Shown here in pieces: positions 23,014-35,070 of a DNA stretch of 64,000 bases; position 1 is the first letter of the stretch, and each line of letters starts with the position of its first letter. Location: positions 372,001 to 436,000 of the forward strand of contig JAPETS010000020.1 in assembly GCA_026023565.1 (NCBI GenBank). The letters are read 5' to 3'. The position numbers and the translations under genes are program-made. The notes under the pieces are model-generated. The model was not told the DNA's origin. It worked only from the letters and a program-made list of their open reading frames with translations, and did no database searches. This DNA is from Cirrosporium novae-zelandiae. Its lineage: Eukaryota.

Positions 23014-25794
23014 CTAACCTGCGCCAGCTAATGTATCGAACACTAGCCTCTCTATCGTCCTTATAGTTTCCGTCTTTGATGTCTGGCTGGCCATTAGATA
23101 CAGGACGTTTCCCAAGACACGAGAATGAATGTTCCAGGCTGGTTTGTTGGATTGGGAGGTGGTCGTGCTAGTGGTCTGCAAGAGGAGGGATTGTTGGAGG
23201 CTTCTTGCGGCGTTGGATGAGTAGCCTGTGGGGATACAACATATAGTTAGTAGTTAATATGTTAGGGATTAGAAGTGGGTGTTTATCATGGATGAATGAG
23301 ATTGGTTGGTGGGCTTTGGCTTACCGGTTTTTCCTGCAGAATCTCGCAGATTGATTGCTAGTACAGAACCGATGGCAAAAACGCCATCGACTCGGTTGCT
23401 ATGGGATAGGTCTGTGATGAAGGAGTGGGACCAGATGCTCCAAATTTCGGTGTCAATGCATAGGCTTGTATTTGAACGTGTACTGGGGGTTTCGAGGTTT
23501 GATGTTTGTGTTTGCCCAGACGGCGAGGCTGACGGTGAGAACCAGTCCCTTCGATATTCGTCCCAGGCACCGGCTTCTTCCATTTGGATCATCGTCTTCA
23601 CTGATGCTAGAGCAACCTGGCATCCAACGGCATGAGCGGTGTAGCTATGCCCGTGAAGAAGGGCGTCACTTTTATCGGGGCTAGAGAAGGCTTTGGAGAT
23701 GCTGTCACTAGCTAGGGTGGTGCAAAGTGGTACTACGCCACCAGTGAGAAGTTTGGCATGAATAGATATGTCAGGGTTAATGCCGAGAAAGGAGGCAGAG
23801 CTGATTCGACCCAGACGATACAGGCCTGTGAATACTTCATCGAAAATTACGGGGAGGCCAGTCCAGGTGGTCGGACTGCTTTCAGGCCAGATGCCTTCTG
23901 ACTTAACTGTGCCAAAAAGATGAGGCGATTGTCGAATTACCTGGACAAGAGTACGCTGGAAGAGAGGGTCGCTGGTTGATATTAGATTAGAATTTCGTTA
24001 GAAGATTTATGTAGACTCACACGAATAGCATTCCACCGGCACCCAGTATGATCGGTTCTAGCATCAGAGCTCCAAATTTTCTACCTTCAGCGTGCAGTTT
24101 CTCAAGTACACTCGTGATAAATTGTCCATATAAATGTTCCTGGGCACCCTCTTCTCTGCTTTCGAGGTCGAATATTTCTCTCAAGGAGCCAAAGGTGATG
24201 TGACTACCCAACATGTCTTGCATCGGCTTAGGAATATCAACTATCCACTGCCCCTTGGTCATCCTAATAGTTGGATAATCAAACCAAAATCCCTTCCCGC
24301 TGTACCATTCAACCTTTTCATTGTAGATGCAAGGCTCTGCGCAATCCATTGCACCAATGGTATCACCGTGATAGCTACCCTTGAGGCCAAGAATCCCTAG
24401 CTCTTCTGAAGCATCCCATCCGTATCGGACCCTAGCAGCACGCAATCCCATCTTTACTGCAACCTCTATACCCGTGCTTCCGTCGTCGGAGTAGAAAACA
24501 CGCTTCAGACGTGGATTGTTTAGTTTCTGGAGGAGTAGTTCTGCAAGCGAAAGGGCTGGTTCGTGGATTGCTTCGGCAAACATCACATGGCCATATCGAC
24601 CGGCTGCATAGGCGGCAGAAAGCGTAAGCGTTGGATTTGCATGACCAAGCCCTTGTGTCCACCAAGAAGCTGAGCCGTCAAATGCTGGTTTAATCAACGA
24701 GTTTTCCTGGATTTGAGTGGGAATTTTGGTGTTCTGAATTGATGATGACTCTTGGAGAGGTGTAGTTTGTGGTTGAAATATCTGAAAGAAGTCTCCGCTA
24801 GCTGAATCAATTGTTGTGATGCCGGTTGGGGAAAGCAGCTTATGTTGAGTAAAGGGATACCATATGCAGTCATGTGCTCGGTTTGCCATCGATTCAAGAC
24901 GTTCGACTCGGGAATCATGTTTTTTAGACAGATGTGAGAGAACATGATGCACGCCCTGGTTGTGGCTCATCCTTTCGTAATAATCTGCCATGGATTGTTT
25001 ATCATCTGAAGAACTCTTGTTCCTCTCCGGAGGCGGAGGTAATGCTAGACTAGGAATTTCAAGCTTGGCAAAATAAGATCGCAGGTAATCATCATTCTGA
25101 TAGATACTGTCCTGAAATAGCATCACAGCTTCCACATCATAGCCCCTCATTTTGAGAGACTCAAAAGCAGAGATGGTTGACGAAATGCCACCAAGATGAG
25201 AATCGGCTACAAGAACGACAGGCAAACGCAGAGGACGGTAGAGATCAGCCTGGGAGATTGAAGAAGGACCTGGGGAATGGACTCCGCCGGCAGTCTCCAG
25301 GAAAGCCCATCCACGCCCAGCCTGAGCACATTCTGAGAAGCAATTATAAATTTGGGAAAGTAGATGTTCATCAGAAGGTGTCTCCTGGGGCAAATGTCAG
25401 AAAGAAAAGCAACTCGAACGATCTGTACCGTACCTACTGTTGAAGAAACTGCAGCAGCAATGTGTGGACTCACGGGCTTCTCAAACTGGAAAAGACATTT
25501 GGTGACAACTTTGGGGGCAAAGAGGGAGACATGTCTGCCATTACAATTCGTACGTTAGATATATTCAGAATTGGTGATTCAATAAAGAAAGGAAAGTAAT
25601 ATACACCTATCATCGGCCTCGGTTAGGGGGCCTGTTGAAACTGGCTTTATGAATGAGATCCGTTCATCCGGAAATGCTTTCTTGGATGTCTTGCATAGTA
25701 TGGTTGAAAAAACAGTTTTGCCCACATCAGTATTGGCACCATAAATTTGATAGCCACGAAGGTATCGCCAGAGCAGGGAACCAGTTGGTGCCAT
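23014..25794 (-). CDS. bioDA: Bifunctional dethiobiotin synthetase / 7,8-diaminopelargonate aminotransferase (4 exons)
   Basis: MAPTGSLLWRYLRGYQIYGANTDVGKT (BioD P-loop), KPVSTGP, ETAGGVHSP; BioA half IWYPFTQH, DGSASWWTQGLGH, YSDDGSTGIEVAVKM, SYHGDT, IFDEVFTG, HAKLLTGG, HGHSY, HSRVLGNVLYLM. Introns at about 25538-25606, 23973-24020 and 23227-23324; stop TAG at 23014. Confidence 0.95.
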
Positions 25795-26167
25795 GAAATC
25801 TCTGCTGAGGGTACGTTGTGGGAGGTAATGGTTATAAATGCCATTCTTCAGGATTTGTTGGGATGATGTAACTCCCGAACACCAATTGATCCTCGGCGTT
25901 GAGGCCAAAAGGACCCCACTACCCCCCACTACCCCCCCGCCCGTTCCTGACCCGACCAGGCCGACCAAGCGAGATCGGCCACTAATGATGAATTACAGTA
26001 CCTGGAGTCCCTGGTACAAAATCAATTCACCAACTCACCAACTCACCAACTTATTAATTGAGATAAAGTTAGGGTAGTAAAGAGGTTAAGGTACGTACAA
26101 AGTATATAATCCAACTCTGATTCTCTTGTTTTCCCTTTCCCCCGAATTCTCATAGATATCGTATCTA
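25795..26167. promoter_or_regulatory. Bidirectional bioDA/bioF promoter region (373 bp)
   Basis: Head-to-head ATGs at 25794 (-) and 26168 (+). Contains (TCACCAAC)x3 at 26027-26050 and a CCGACCA direct repeat near 25952. Confidence 0.7.
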
Positions 26168-27626
26168 ATGTCTCCCAATCCACTATTAGATGCTTTTGCA
26201 ACTTTGCTACATCGACGTCAAGCTCGATCCACCCGTCGACGACTAACCACCACGCCACCAACGTCTGTAGACTTTTCCTCAAACGACTATCTTTCTTTTT
26301 CAACCTGTCCAGCTATCCGAGCGGCATTTCTACAGGAATTATCAAATAAAGGGGCCGACTTCTATCTGGGAAGCGGTGGTTCTCGTCTTCTAGATGGCAA
26401 CTCGTCGTATGCAGAAAGTTTAGAGAAAGATATCGCTTCCTTCCACAATTCACCGGCGGGCTTGTTATTTAATTCGGGGTTTGAAGCCAATACAGGACTC
26501 TTCTCATGTGTTCCCCAGCCAGGAGATGTCATAATCTATGACGAGTACATCCATGCCAGCGTACATGATGGCATGCGACTCTCTAGAGCCGGAAGGCGAA
26601 TCCAGTTTACTCACAATTCCATTTCTAGCCTTCGACAAGTCTTGCAGACCCAAATTGACACAGATGCTTTAATACAAGGCGGGAAGAGAAATATCTTTAT
26701 TTCTGTCGAGGGCGTCTATAGTATGGATGGGGACGTTGCTCCTCTCGCAGATTTTGTGGACTGTGTAGAGACTCTTCTCCCGCTAAAAAATGGTTACATT
26801 ATTGTCGACGAAGCGCATTCCACAGGACTCTTTGGATCCAAAGGGAGTGGACTGGTATCCGACCTAGGATTAGAAGACCGCATCTTTGCTCGTGTGCATA
26901 CGTTTGGCAAGGCATTGGCGTGCTCGGGAGGTACGGCAGGCATCTCTCGACTTATTCCTTCTTTCTCTCTGAATTGGTCCCCATCAGCTTCGGAAAGTCA
27001 CAACTAACATTAACTTACAGCCATTGTACTATGTTCTCCACTAACAAAAGACTATCTCATCAACTACGCCCGCAGTCTAATCTTCACCACCGCCATGACC
27101 TTCCCCTCTCTCGCCAGCATCAAAGTAATGTACGATTTCATGTCCCAAGGACACACAGAACCAGTACGTCCAGCCCCATTGCATCTCCCCCGTACCAATA
27201 ACCAAGCCAAACTAACCGTCCACCCAGCTCACCCAAGCCCTCCACGCCTTAACCCAGCACCTTCACACCCTTCTCCTCCCCCTCTCTACTGATTATCCTA
27301 CCCTCATCCGTCTTGGCCTTGAGCCCCCACACTCCCCTATCTTTCCTCTCCAAACTCCCCACCCACGTAGTCTAGCATCGCACTGCCAAACTCGTGGCTT
27401 CATGGTCCGACCAATCGTGGCGCCGACGGTTCCGAAAGGAAGTGAGAGGGTTAGGATTTGTCTCCACGCTGGTAATACCGTGGAGGAGGTAGAAGGGTTG
27501 GTTAGAGCCGTGAGGGAGTGGGTAGAGGAAAGGGCAAGTACGGAGGAGGGAGGCACAAAAAAGGAGGGTAACGGAAGTAGAGGTATTGGTGAGGGGGAGA
27601 AGATGGTGCTGAAATCGAGACTCTAA
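26168..27626 (+). CDS. bioF: 8-amino-7-oxononanoate (KAPA) synthase, peroxisomal (3 exons)
   Basis: VDFSSNDYL, GSGGSRLLDG, FNSGFEAN, HASVHDG, EGVYSMDGD, VDEAHSTG, HTFGKA (PLP Lys), VRPIVAPTVPKGSERVRICLHAGNT. Terminates KSRL* (PTS1). Confidence 0.95.
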
Positions 27627-27952
27627 GGTTTTAGACGAAGTATGGGGATTGATAGATAGAAAAATGAAGGCAATAAAAATTAGAAGTAGAAGACTTATAA
27701 TATTACTTTTCGTCTCTGATCCATGCATCGTTTATTTTTATATCTATATATCCCGTTGTCCTCTTGCCTTTCCTTTTTTTTTGTGGTTAGTTCAATCACA
27801 AACTACCTACCTTCACACACACATGACCGATTACGTGAGTGAGAGTAAGCATATCCCCCAACCGAACCAAATCCCATTCAAACATCATCACCACCACCAC
27901 AATCTTACCCAGCCATCAACCCCCCCCCCCCCCCACAAAAACCAGCTCACCC

Positions 27953-29330
27953 TCACGCAACCACCGTCTTCTCAAAACTCTTCATAGGCACTAACCCCCA
28001 CCGCGCAAACATCCCCTTATCCTCCTCCCACCCATTACACTCCGTCGTCAACATCCTCTCCCCGGTAAAAACCGCATTCGCCCCCGCCCCAAAACAAAGA
28101 ACCTGCTGCTCCTCACTCATGCCCACCCTCCCCGCCGCAATCCTCACCATAGTCCTGGGCATCAAAATCCTCGCCGTCGCTATCGTCCGCAGCATTTCAG
28201 GGAACTCTATGGGTTTGTTGGATTGGAGGGGGGTTCCCTTGATGGGGACGAGGGCGTTCACGGGGAAGGATTCGGGGTGGGTGGGTAGGGTGGAGACGGT
28301 GTGGAGGAGGGAGATTCGATCAGAAGACGATTCGCCGAGGCCGAGGATTCCGCCTGTGCAGACGTTTAGGCCGGCGTTGCGGACGTGAGAGAGGGTTTGG
28401 AGGCGCTCGTCGTAGGTGCGTGTTGTAATAACCTCTGGGTAGAATTCTCGTGAGGTGTCCACGTTGTGGTTGTATGCCGTGAGACCCGCCTCCTTAAGCT
28501 CCTGCGCCTGCGACGCATCCACCATGCCCAGCGTGACGCACACTTCCATATTGAGGGCGCGCACGCCGGAGATCATTTCCTTGATGTTGCGGAGGCTGGT
28601 TTTGCGGCCACGCATGTCGCGCCAGGCGGCACCCATGCAGAAGCGGGTGCTGCCGTTTTCTTTGGCGGTGCGGGCAGCCTCTAAAACGGAGGAGACGGTT
28701 GCCACGCGGGTGGGTTGGAGGCCCGTGTTGTGGCGGGTGGATTGGGAGCAGTAGGAGCAGTCTTCGGTGCAGCCACCAGTTTTTATGTTCATGAGGGTGC
28801 AGAGTTGGATTTCGGAGGGGGCGTGGAAGCGGCGATGGAGGGTTCCCTAGAGGTGTGGGCGTGTTAGGGTTTGGGGTTCTTTTTTTGAGGGAGGGGGGTG
28901 ATGTTTTAGAGAAGGATGTAGGTATTGGGAGATTGATTGGAGCACCACTCACTGATTGGAAGGTCAGCTCCATCAACGGAGTATTATATATGGCCGATAT
29001 CTCTTCCTTTGTCCAGTCGTTCCTGGGTCCCGTAGCATTGACTGCTTTTCGAAGCACCTCTCGTTTCTCGGCTTCGGACATGTCTCTTGGAGCACTTGTC
29101 GGGTTTGCTTGAGATGTGCCAGCAATGGGAGCTGGTACTACTGGTGGTGGTGGTTGAGATGTGGAAGTTGTGCTGCCCAGATCTTCTACAACGCTCGACA
29201 TGGACCTCCTGATTCCAATTGTCTGCCATTGTCTTGCGGGGGAACGGAGGGAGGAGGTGGGGTAGCATCTCTGAGATAATCTGAGAGATTGTAAAAATAG
29301 AAAACGTGGGGTAGCTATTGTAGCACTCAT
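27953..29330 (-). CDS. bioB: Biotin synthase (radical SAM), with mitochondrial presequence-like N-terminus (2 exons)
   Basis: NIKTGGCTEDCSYCSQS (CxxxCxxC), STRFCMGAAWRD, AYNHNVDTS, VCTGGILGLGE, HPESFPVNALVPIKGTP, RIAAGR, GANAVFTGE. R/S/L-rich leader MSATIATPRFLFLQSLRLSQR; intron at about 28848-28951. Confidence 0.95.
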
Positions 29331-30118
29331 GGTTGCGAATTGGGGCAATTGATGATAGATAGATAGACAGAAAAGATAATAAAAATAAAAGGATCAAAAA
29401 AAGAAAAAGAATTGAGTCATAAACAAATGTGTAGTGTGTAGTAATTACACCAAAGTATTAAAGTAGAATATTAATACACAGCAGATGCATAGCGGGGAAT
29501 AAGAATTATACAACTTGTGAGTGGTTGGTACTGTACCTAAACCTGGTGGGGGGGGGGAATTGTTGAGGGACCGAGATGTCATCAAACAAGCAAATAGAAT
29601 GATAACGATAGGCTGATGAAGATCAAGAACAGGGGAGGGGATGGACCGGTACTTACCATAGTAGAATCCAACCCCCTCTTGGCCTTTTGTCCGTTGAGAA
29701 AGAGACTAATTGATCTTAAAAAAGGCTCTTGAGCTTTATTTAATTCCAAGCTTTGTTTGTCTGTTCAAGACGATAATTATCTAAATCCTGTCCCGTTTGG
29801 TAATTGTACTAGACAATTTCATTAAATTTCATTAAGTTTGTTTTGCATAAAAAATATTGCTTTGTTTGGCTGGCATTTCCCGCTCCACTCCGCTGCTGTT
29901 ACTGATTGATGATGATAATGAAGTCATCCTGTCCCGTTCAGTTTTCTATCTTGACTTTTGCTTTTTTTTCTTTGACGAGAAGTCAAGCACACAATAGATA
30001 ATCGCCATCTAATACTCTTGTTTTGATGCTTCATTGATTGAAAAAACCTTCTTCTTTGGAAATATCCACCGTGAGTCATCTCAACTTTGTAGACCAACCG
30101 ATCTACATATCCCCCGAA

Positions 30119-30857
30119 ATGGCCTCCATTTTCAAATCCGACACCACCTACGATCCCATCTACCTGCTTCTCAATGCCCATGACGAACAAGACCGAGATC
30201 ACCTTACCAACAGATGGAAAGAGAACAAGCTCGCCGAGCTAAACTTTGTCGGCATCGTCGTGAGTTTTTTTGCCACCTAGCCGATCCTAGCTCAGTTCCC
30301 TTCCCCAAAGTTGATGGATACATATGTACCTAGGTATAGATAGAACTTGCCAAGTCAAACCAGATTAATAAATAAAAAAGGGTGCCCTATTAGCCGGCGT
30401 CCTAACCTCCACGGGCTCCTGGCCAAACATCCTCCCCGACGGAAGTCCCACCCCCTGGACCGTCCGCAGCTGCTGGTACTGTGGAATCATACTCGCATTG
30501 CTCTCCGTTGTGACGGCAGCTCAGCAGTCAATACGCTTGCACCGGCTCTCTGGTCACCGGGACGCCGAGGAGAAGATCCGAAGTCTGCTCAGCAAAAAGT
30601 ATACCGGTGCGGATGGACAAATTCTGCCGCGGATAGCACAGATTTATGCCTGGCAGCTCGCCGTGCTTTTCCTGACGGCAAGTGTGCTTGCGATGTTTGT
30701 GGGTATGTTTATTCTGATCTGGAGCTCTACGGGGCGGAGTCCACCCGGGGAACCTTGGTGGGATCAGGAGGCGAAAATGGCCGTTTCTTTTACTGTTGTG
30801 GCGACGTTTACCTTTGGGTTGTTTCTGGCACAGCAGGTTACCATGTTTCAGACGTGA
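30119..30857 (+). CDS. Conserved-looking small fungal membrane protein of unknown function (2 exons)
   Basis: MASIFKSD..RWKENKLAELNFVGIV | GALLAGVLTSTGSWP..WYCGIILALLSVVTAAQQSIRLHRL..QIYAWQLAVLFL; about 4 hydrophobic segments; GT-AG intron at about 30260-30380. Confidence 0.7.
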
Positions 30858-31304
30858 TTAGTATACAGATAATTTTTCACCTGTATTGATATCAGCAGAC
30901 ATTTCCACACACACAGATCAAATAGACCTTGGGCAATTAAGGTCTGGTCGGTCTTCCAGCGAAACCTATTCTCCAACACTTTCGGCTTGTTTCAAACCAG
31001 TCATCCGAGTCTGTATAGGGCCTCCACCCCGGCTCAGATCCAAATTCTTTATTTAAAGAAGGCACATTCTCCTCATCATCAACCCTTCCTCCTCACCATT
31101 CCATCTCTGGAAACAAATTCTTTGTTTACAGAAGACACATTCTCCTCTCCATTCCATTTCTGCAAACAAATTCTTCTTATCACTGACTTGATCACTTCCG
31201 AATCGTTCATCCTTCTTTAAAGATATTCTTTTCATCGCTCACCTCACCTGATCTTCATCACTGGCCTTCATCTACTGAGAGATCTACTCATAAAGTGTTG
31301 AGCA

Positions 31305-32534
31305 ATGGATCGTCGAGCGATGAGCATAAATCCTCTAGAGTCATTTGCAGACGACATTCTTGCTGGTCTCACATTAGAAGATCAACTCGAAGCCGCCATT
31401 ACTACAAGCGAGAAACTGAACAGAATGCTTTCTGTTGGCTCTGCAGTTTCAATTTCATCCTCTCAAGCAGCTGCCCACCAAAATGAACTATTCCATCATA
31501 TTGGTAGAGGGACATGTGGGACGGTTTTTGAACGACCTGAGACTACGATGGCTTTAAAGAAAGCCAAGCGTGAACCGTTTGAATTGTGGAATGATTATCT
31601 AACCCACGTGAAAATACTCGAGAAGCTGGAGCTTTTTAAAGGTCTAGAGAACAGCTTTCGAGTACCACTCTGCTATTACTATATTAACAACCAGGAAGAC
31701 CCAAATTGGTGGCTGGCAAACGAATGGCGGTTTCCCGCCGAACACCGCGAACCAGCGCACATTCTCTGTACCGAGCGGATCTTACCATTACCGGAAGCTA
31801 CTAGAAAACTCCTTATCGAAAAATACTGCCCCGAGAAAATCAAAGAGGAAGCGTTGGCTAGTATTGCCAACCGTGACTGCTTGGTACGAATATACTTGGG
31901 AAGAACGCGCCGCCAATATGAGAGACCTCCAAGATTCTTTACGCTACGCAACTTCATCTTGAACTTGGACCAGATTCAGGAATTAGAGCTCGATGCACAA
32001 GACTTCGCGCGACGAATGGCGAACGCCCTTGCTTTTCTTCACTGGACTGTTCATTCGGATGCGAATGATATCGAGTTTGTTTTAGGATCATTTCCGGCAC
32101 CCTCGGGTCTTTGCAGATGGATCAAATGGGATGATCTTGTTAAGCTCCCAGCATGCACGTCTACACGCAAATACGTCGAAGGTTTCATGACCCGTGTGAC
32201 AGAATTCTGGGTGCTCGACTTCAACCTGTGTAATGATATTTCTATGGACGAAAAAGGCGTTGCTGCTGCCGTAAAGGCTTTCTTGATGAACGATCCTTAC
32301 TTCCCGCGGCCCTTTCCGGAGCGAATTGAGGATGGATATCTGTGGGAAACATTTGAGGATCAGTACCTCATCACGAGTAGTGAGCTGATGGATCAAGACC
32401 CTTCCTCCACAGCCAACATGCGGTCTCTCCCAGAACTCTTTATTAGTGGAGTTATTGAAAAGCACGGTCAGATGATAAAAAGGAAGAAGCGTAGTGCTGA
32501 AATTGGAGCATACGTCGAAAAAGTAGATACCTAA
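31305..32534 (+). CDS. DUF3669-type kinase-like fungal protein, 409 aa
   Basis: IGRGTCGTVF, ALKK, LWNDY, TERILPLP, CLVRIYLGR, FTLRNF, MANALAFLHW..DANDIEFVL, WVLDFNLC, AFLMNDPYFPRP: the motif series I associate with DUF3669 proteins. Confidence 0.78.
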   Translation: MDRRAMSINPLESFADDILAGLTLEDQLEAAITTSEKLNRMLSVGSAVSISSSQAAAHQNELFHHIGRGTCGTVFERPETTMALKKAKREPFELWNDYLTHVKILEKLELFKGLENSFRVPLCYYYINNQEDPNWWLANEWRFPAEHREPAHILCTERILPLPEATRKLLIEKYCPEKIKEEALASIANRDCLVRIYLGRTRRQYERPPRFFTLRNFILNLDQIQELELDAQDFARRMANALAFLHWTVHSDANDIEFVLGSFPAPSGLCRWIKWDDLVKLPACTSTRKYVEGFMTRVTEFWVLDFNLCNDISMDEKGVAAAVKAFLMNDPYFPRPFPERIEDGYLWETFEDQYLITSSELMDQDPSSTANMRSLPELFISGVIEKHGQMIKRKKRSAEIGAYVEKVDT

Positions 32535-32928
32535 GTAGTTAGAAAAGGAAAGAGGGTATGATACGTAGCGTGAGGGGATGGCTATTTTTTTGTGCTTGAA
32601 AAGTACAGGCTGGTGAGAGTATAAAAGTTCAACGTTGTTCTTAGGTTTTTTAGAATCATCATCAATCATATTAGATGTACTGTACATCCCATCAGAGTCG
32701 CTTAAATTGCGACCTCCATCCCCCCCCCCAAACTAGCTGATAACCCCCACATGCCTACGATAAGAAGTACTCGAGTATCTAATGCTTAGTGCACTCCCCA
32801 TGAAGCCCTGTCACCCTTGTCGGAGGGCGCAATCCATTTGCCGAAAGAAATGCAATTCCTTTATAGTCAACTTTATTTCCCACCCCGATTGAATCTCTTT
32901 CCTAGCAATTAGAAATATAATCGCAGCT

Positions 32929-34162
32929 ATGAGCGAGAAGATAGACATTCTTCTGTATGGGCTTGGGGCGTAAGTATCTTACTTTTCCACAAGAAGCGAT
33001 TGTTGACTGACTATATTTTATTGGATGTCACTAGCATTGGGTCTTTCTACGCCTTCATCTTGAACCACACCGGAAAGGTCCGCCTCACAACTGTTTGCCG
33101 GTCCAATTATGAAGTAGTAAAGACAAATGTCCGTCCTTGAACTGTCCTTATTTACTACACAAATCATATCTCACCCGATTGTTTGCGAGAGAACTACCAC
33201 TCAGAAAATGGAGTAGGGACTTTTACTCAAGAGCGAAAACCATGGCGAACATCTTATCCGCCCTCACAACGGTGAGATTACCTTTTGCTCTTCGAAATAG
33301 GAATCCTACTCACAACTTCAAGTTGTCAAAACACCTAGTGAAGCGCCAGGACATTACGACTACATAGTGTGTGCACACAAGGCAATCGATCAAGAGACAG
33401 TAGCAAAGCAGTTTTCTCCAGTTGTCGACGAAAAAGGAACGACATTTGTACTTATTCAAAATGGGGTGGGAAATGAAGAACCTTTCCGCAAGATCTTCCC
33501 TGGGAGTACTATCATTAGCTGTGTGGTAAGTCACGACAAGCATAGGACACTTTGCTAGCAACATCATATTGCTAACCATCGTAAAGACCTGGGTAGGGGG
33601 AGTTCAAAATACACCTGGTATCGTTAACCATACCAAAAATGAGAATACACAACTTGGCCTCTACCCCAATCCTGGCCTGGATACCGATCTAGAAAAGCGA
33701 AGGCTTGACATATTTGCCTCTCTTCTACGTGAAGGCGGAACAAAACTCACTGTTGAGTCAAACATCCAGGTGCAACGGTGGGAGAAGGTTGTCTGGAATT
33801 GTGCCTGGAATTCTCTCACCACACTCACGATGCTCGACACACAATCCTGGCTCAATTCATCCCCTGAGGCTATGATTATGACCCGCCGACTCATGCGCGA
33901 GGTCATTGACGTTGGACGCAAATGTGGTGTTCCCCTAGAATTTGAGCTGGTAGATATACTCATGGATAGGATTCTCGCTATGCCGGGTATTAGAAGCAGC
34001 ATGCAAGAGGATTGCGCAAATGGGCGGCCGATGGAGGTGGATATGATAATGGGTACGCCAGTGCGCAAAGCAAGAGAACTAAAGATGGATACTCCAACTT
34101 TAGAGACTATTTATGCGATTCTTTTGGGTGTCGACTTCCGGCTGAGAAATGCCAGGCTTTGA
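32929..34162 (+). CDS. Ketopantoate reductase (PanE/ApbA) family oxidoreductase, ending in PTS1-like ARL (5 exons)
   Basis: ILLYGLGA|IG (GxGxxG), VCRSNY, DYIVCAHKA, VLIQNGVGNE, RWEKVVWNCAWNSLTTLT, SSMQED..GRPMEVD..GTPVRKA, TPTLETIYA; C-terminus RNARL*. Confidence 0.88.
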
Positions 34163-35070
34163 TTTGGCATTTGAACGAAATAATCTAAGCCTGGAAGATG
34201 GGGATTCTCCTTGATACCCGGATACCATTTCACAGCCTAGCTTTCGGTACAGTGAATACCTCCACCATTAGACTTCCCCTATATTCAATATAGTACTTCT
34301 AGAACCCAAAATCTGATACATTTGGTTCAGTTGACCATCGATGAAAAGAATGACCAAGTACAAAATAGGTGCCACTGATATGAAAATCAGGAAGTGACTC
34401 TGTCGCCTTCGAATATTATTTTTGATAGCAATACAACCTATGACCCAAGTTCTCTGTTATACAAGTACAGTGTGTACTTTGGGATGCATGTGACTAATAC
34501 TCCTTGTAGCTCAAGATACATATGCAGAGGCAACTTACTTTGGTCTTACTAAAATCCATACTTTAACACTGGTTCCATATGTTACTATGAGATTTCAGAG
34601 AATCAACAGAGCAGGATACTTCTGGTTTAGTGTGCAGATGTGAAGCACCGTCAGCGTGAACATCATGTACTCCCTTATAGCGGGCATGTGCTTCAAGAAT
34701 CAAATACTCTATTTCCATTGAAGATGCAGGAAGCTCATTCCTATGAGACTTTCTGCCGTGATCCCAGTGTGGTGCTTTGGAAAACAATGATGCAGTTATC
34801 TTCCTCTCCAACATTTAACTTACATCGGGTTGTTGTATCCGAATTATGATTATCATCCCTTAAATATGGTCCCAGGTAACACTCTAATAATTTATTCATC
34901 AATCCCCAAATTGTCCTACCCCAACAATTGCTAAATATCCGTACCTTGCAGATGACTGTTACTCAAAGGATATTGACTTGTCCTATAAGGCATGCTGTTC
35001 CCTCCAATTTCTGAGCCTAGCTCCAGCTCTGAGCTGCGGCATATTAAGCCTATATAACAATGATCTTAAA

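Noticed and set aside
34300..34860. Possible degraded gene remnant with intron-like signals
   Set aside because: Multiple stops in all frames and no recognisable family motif.
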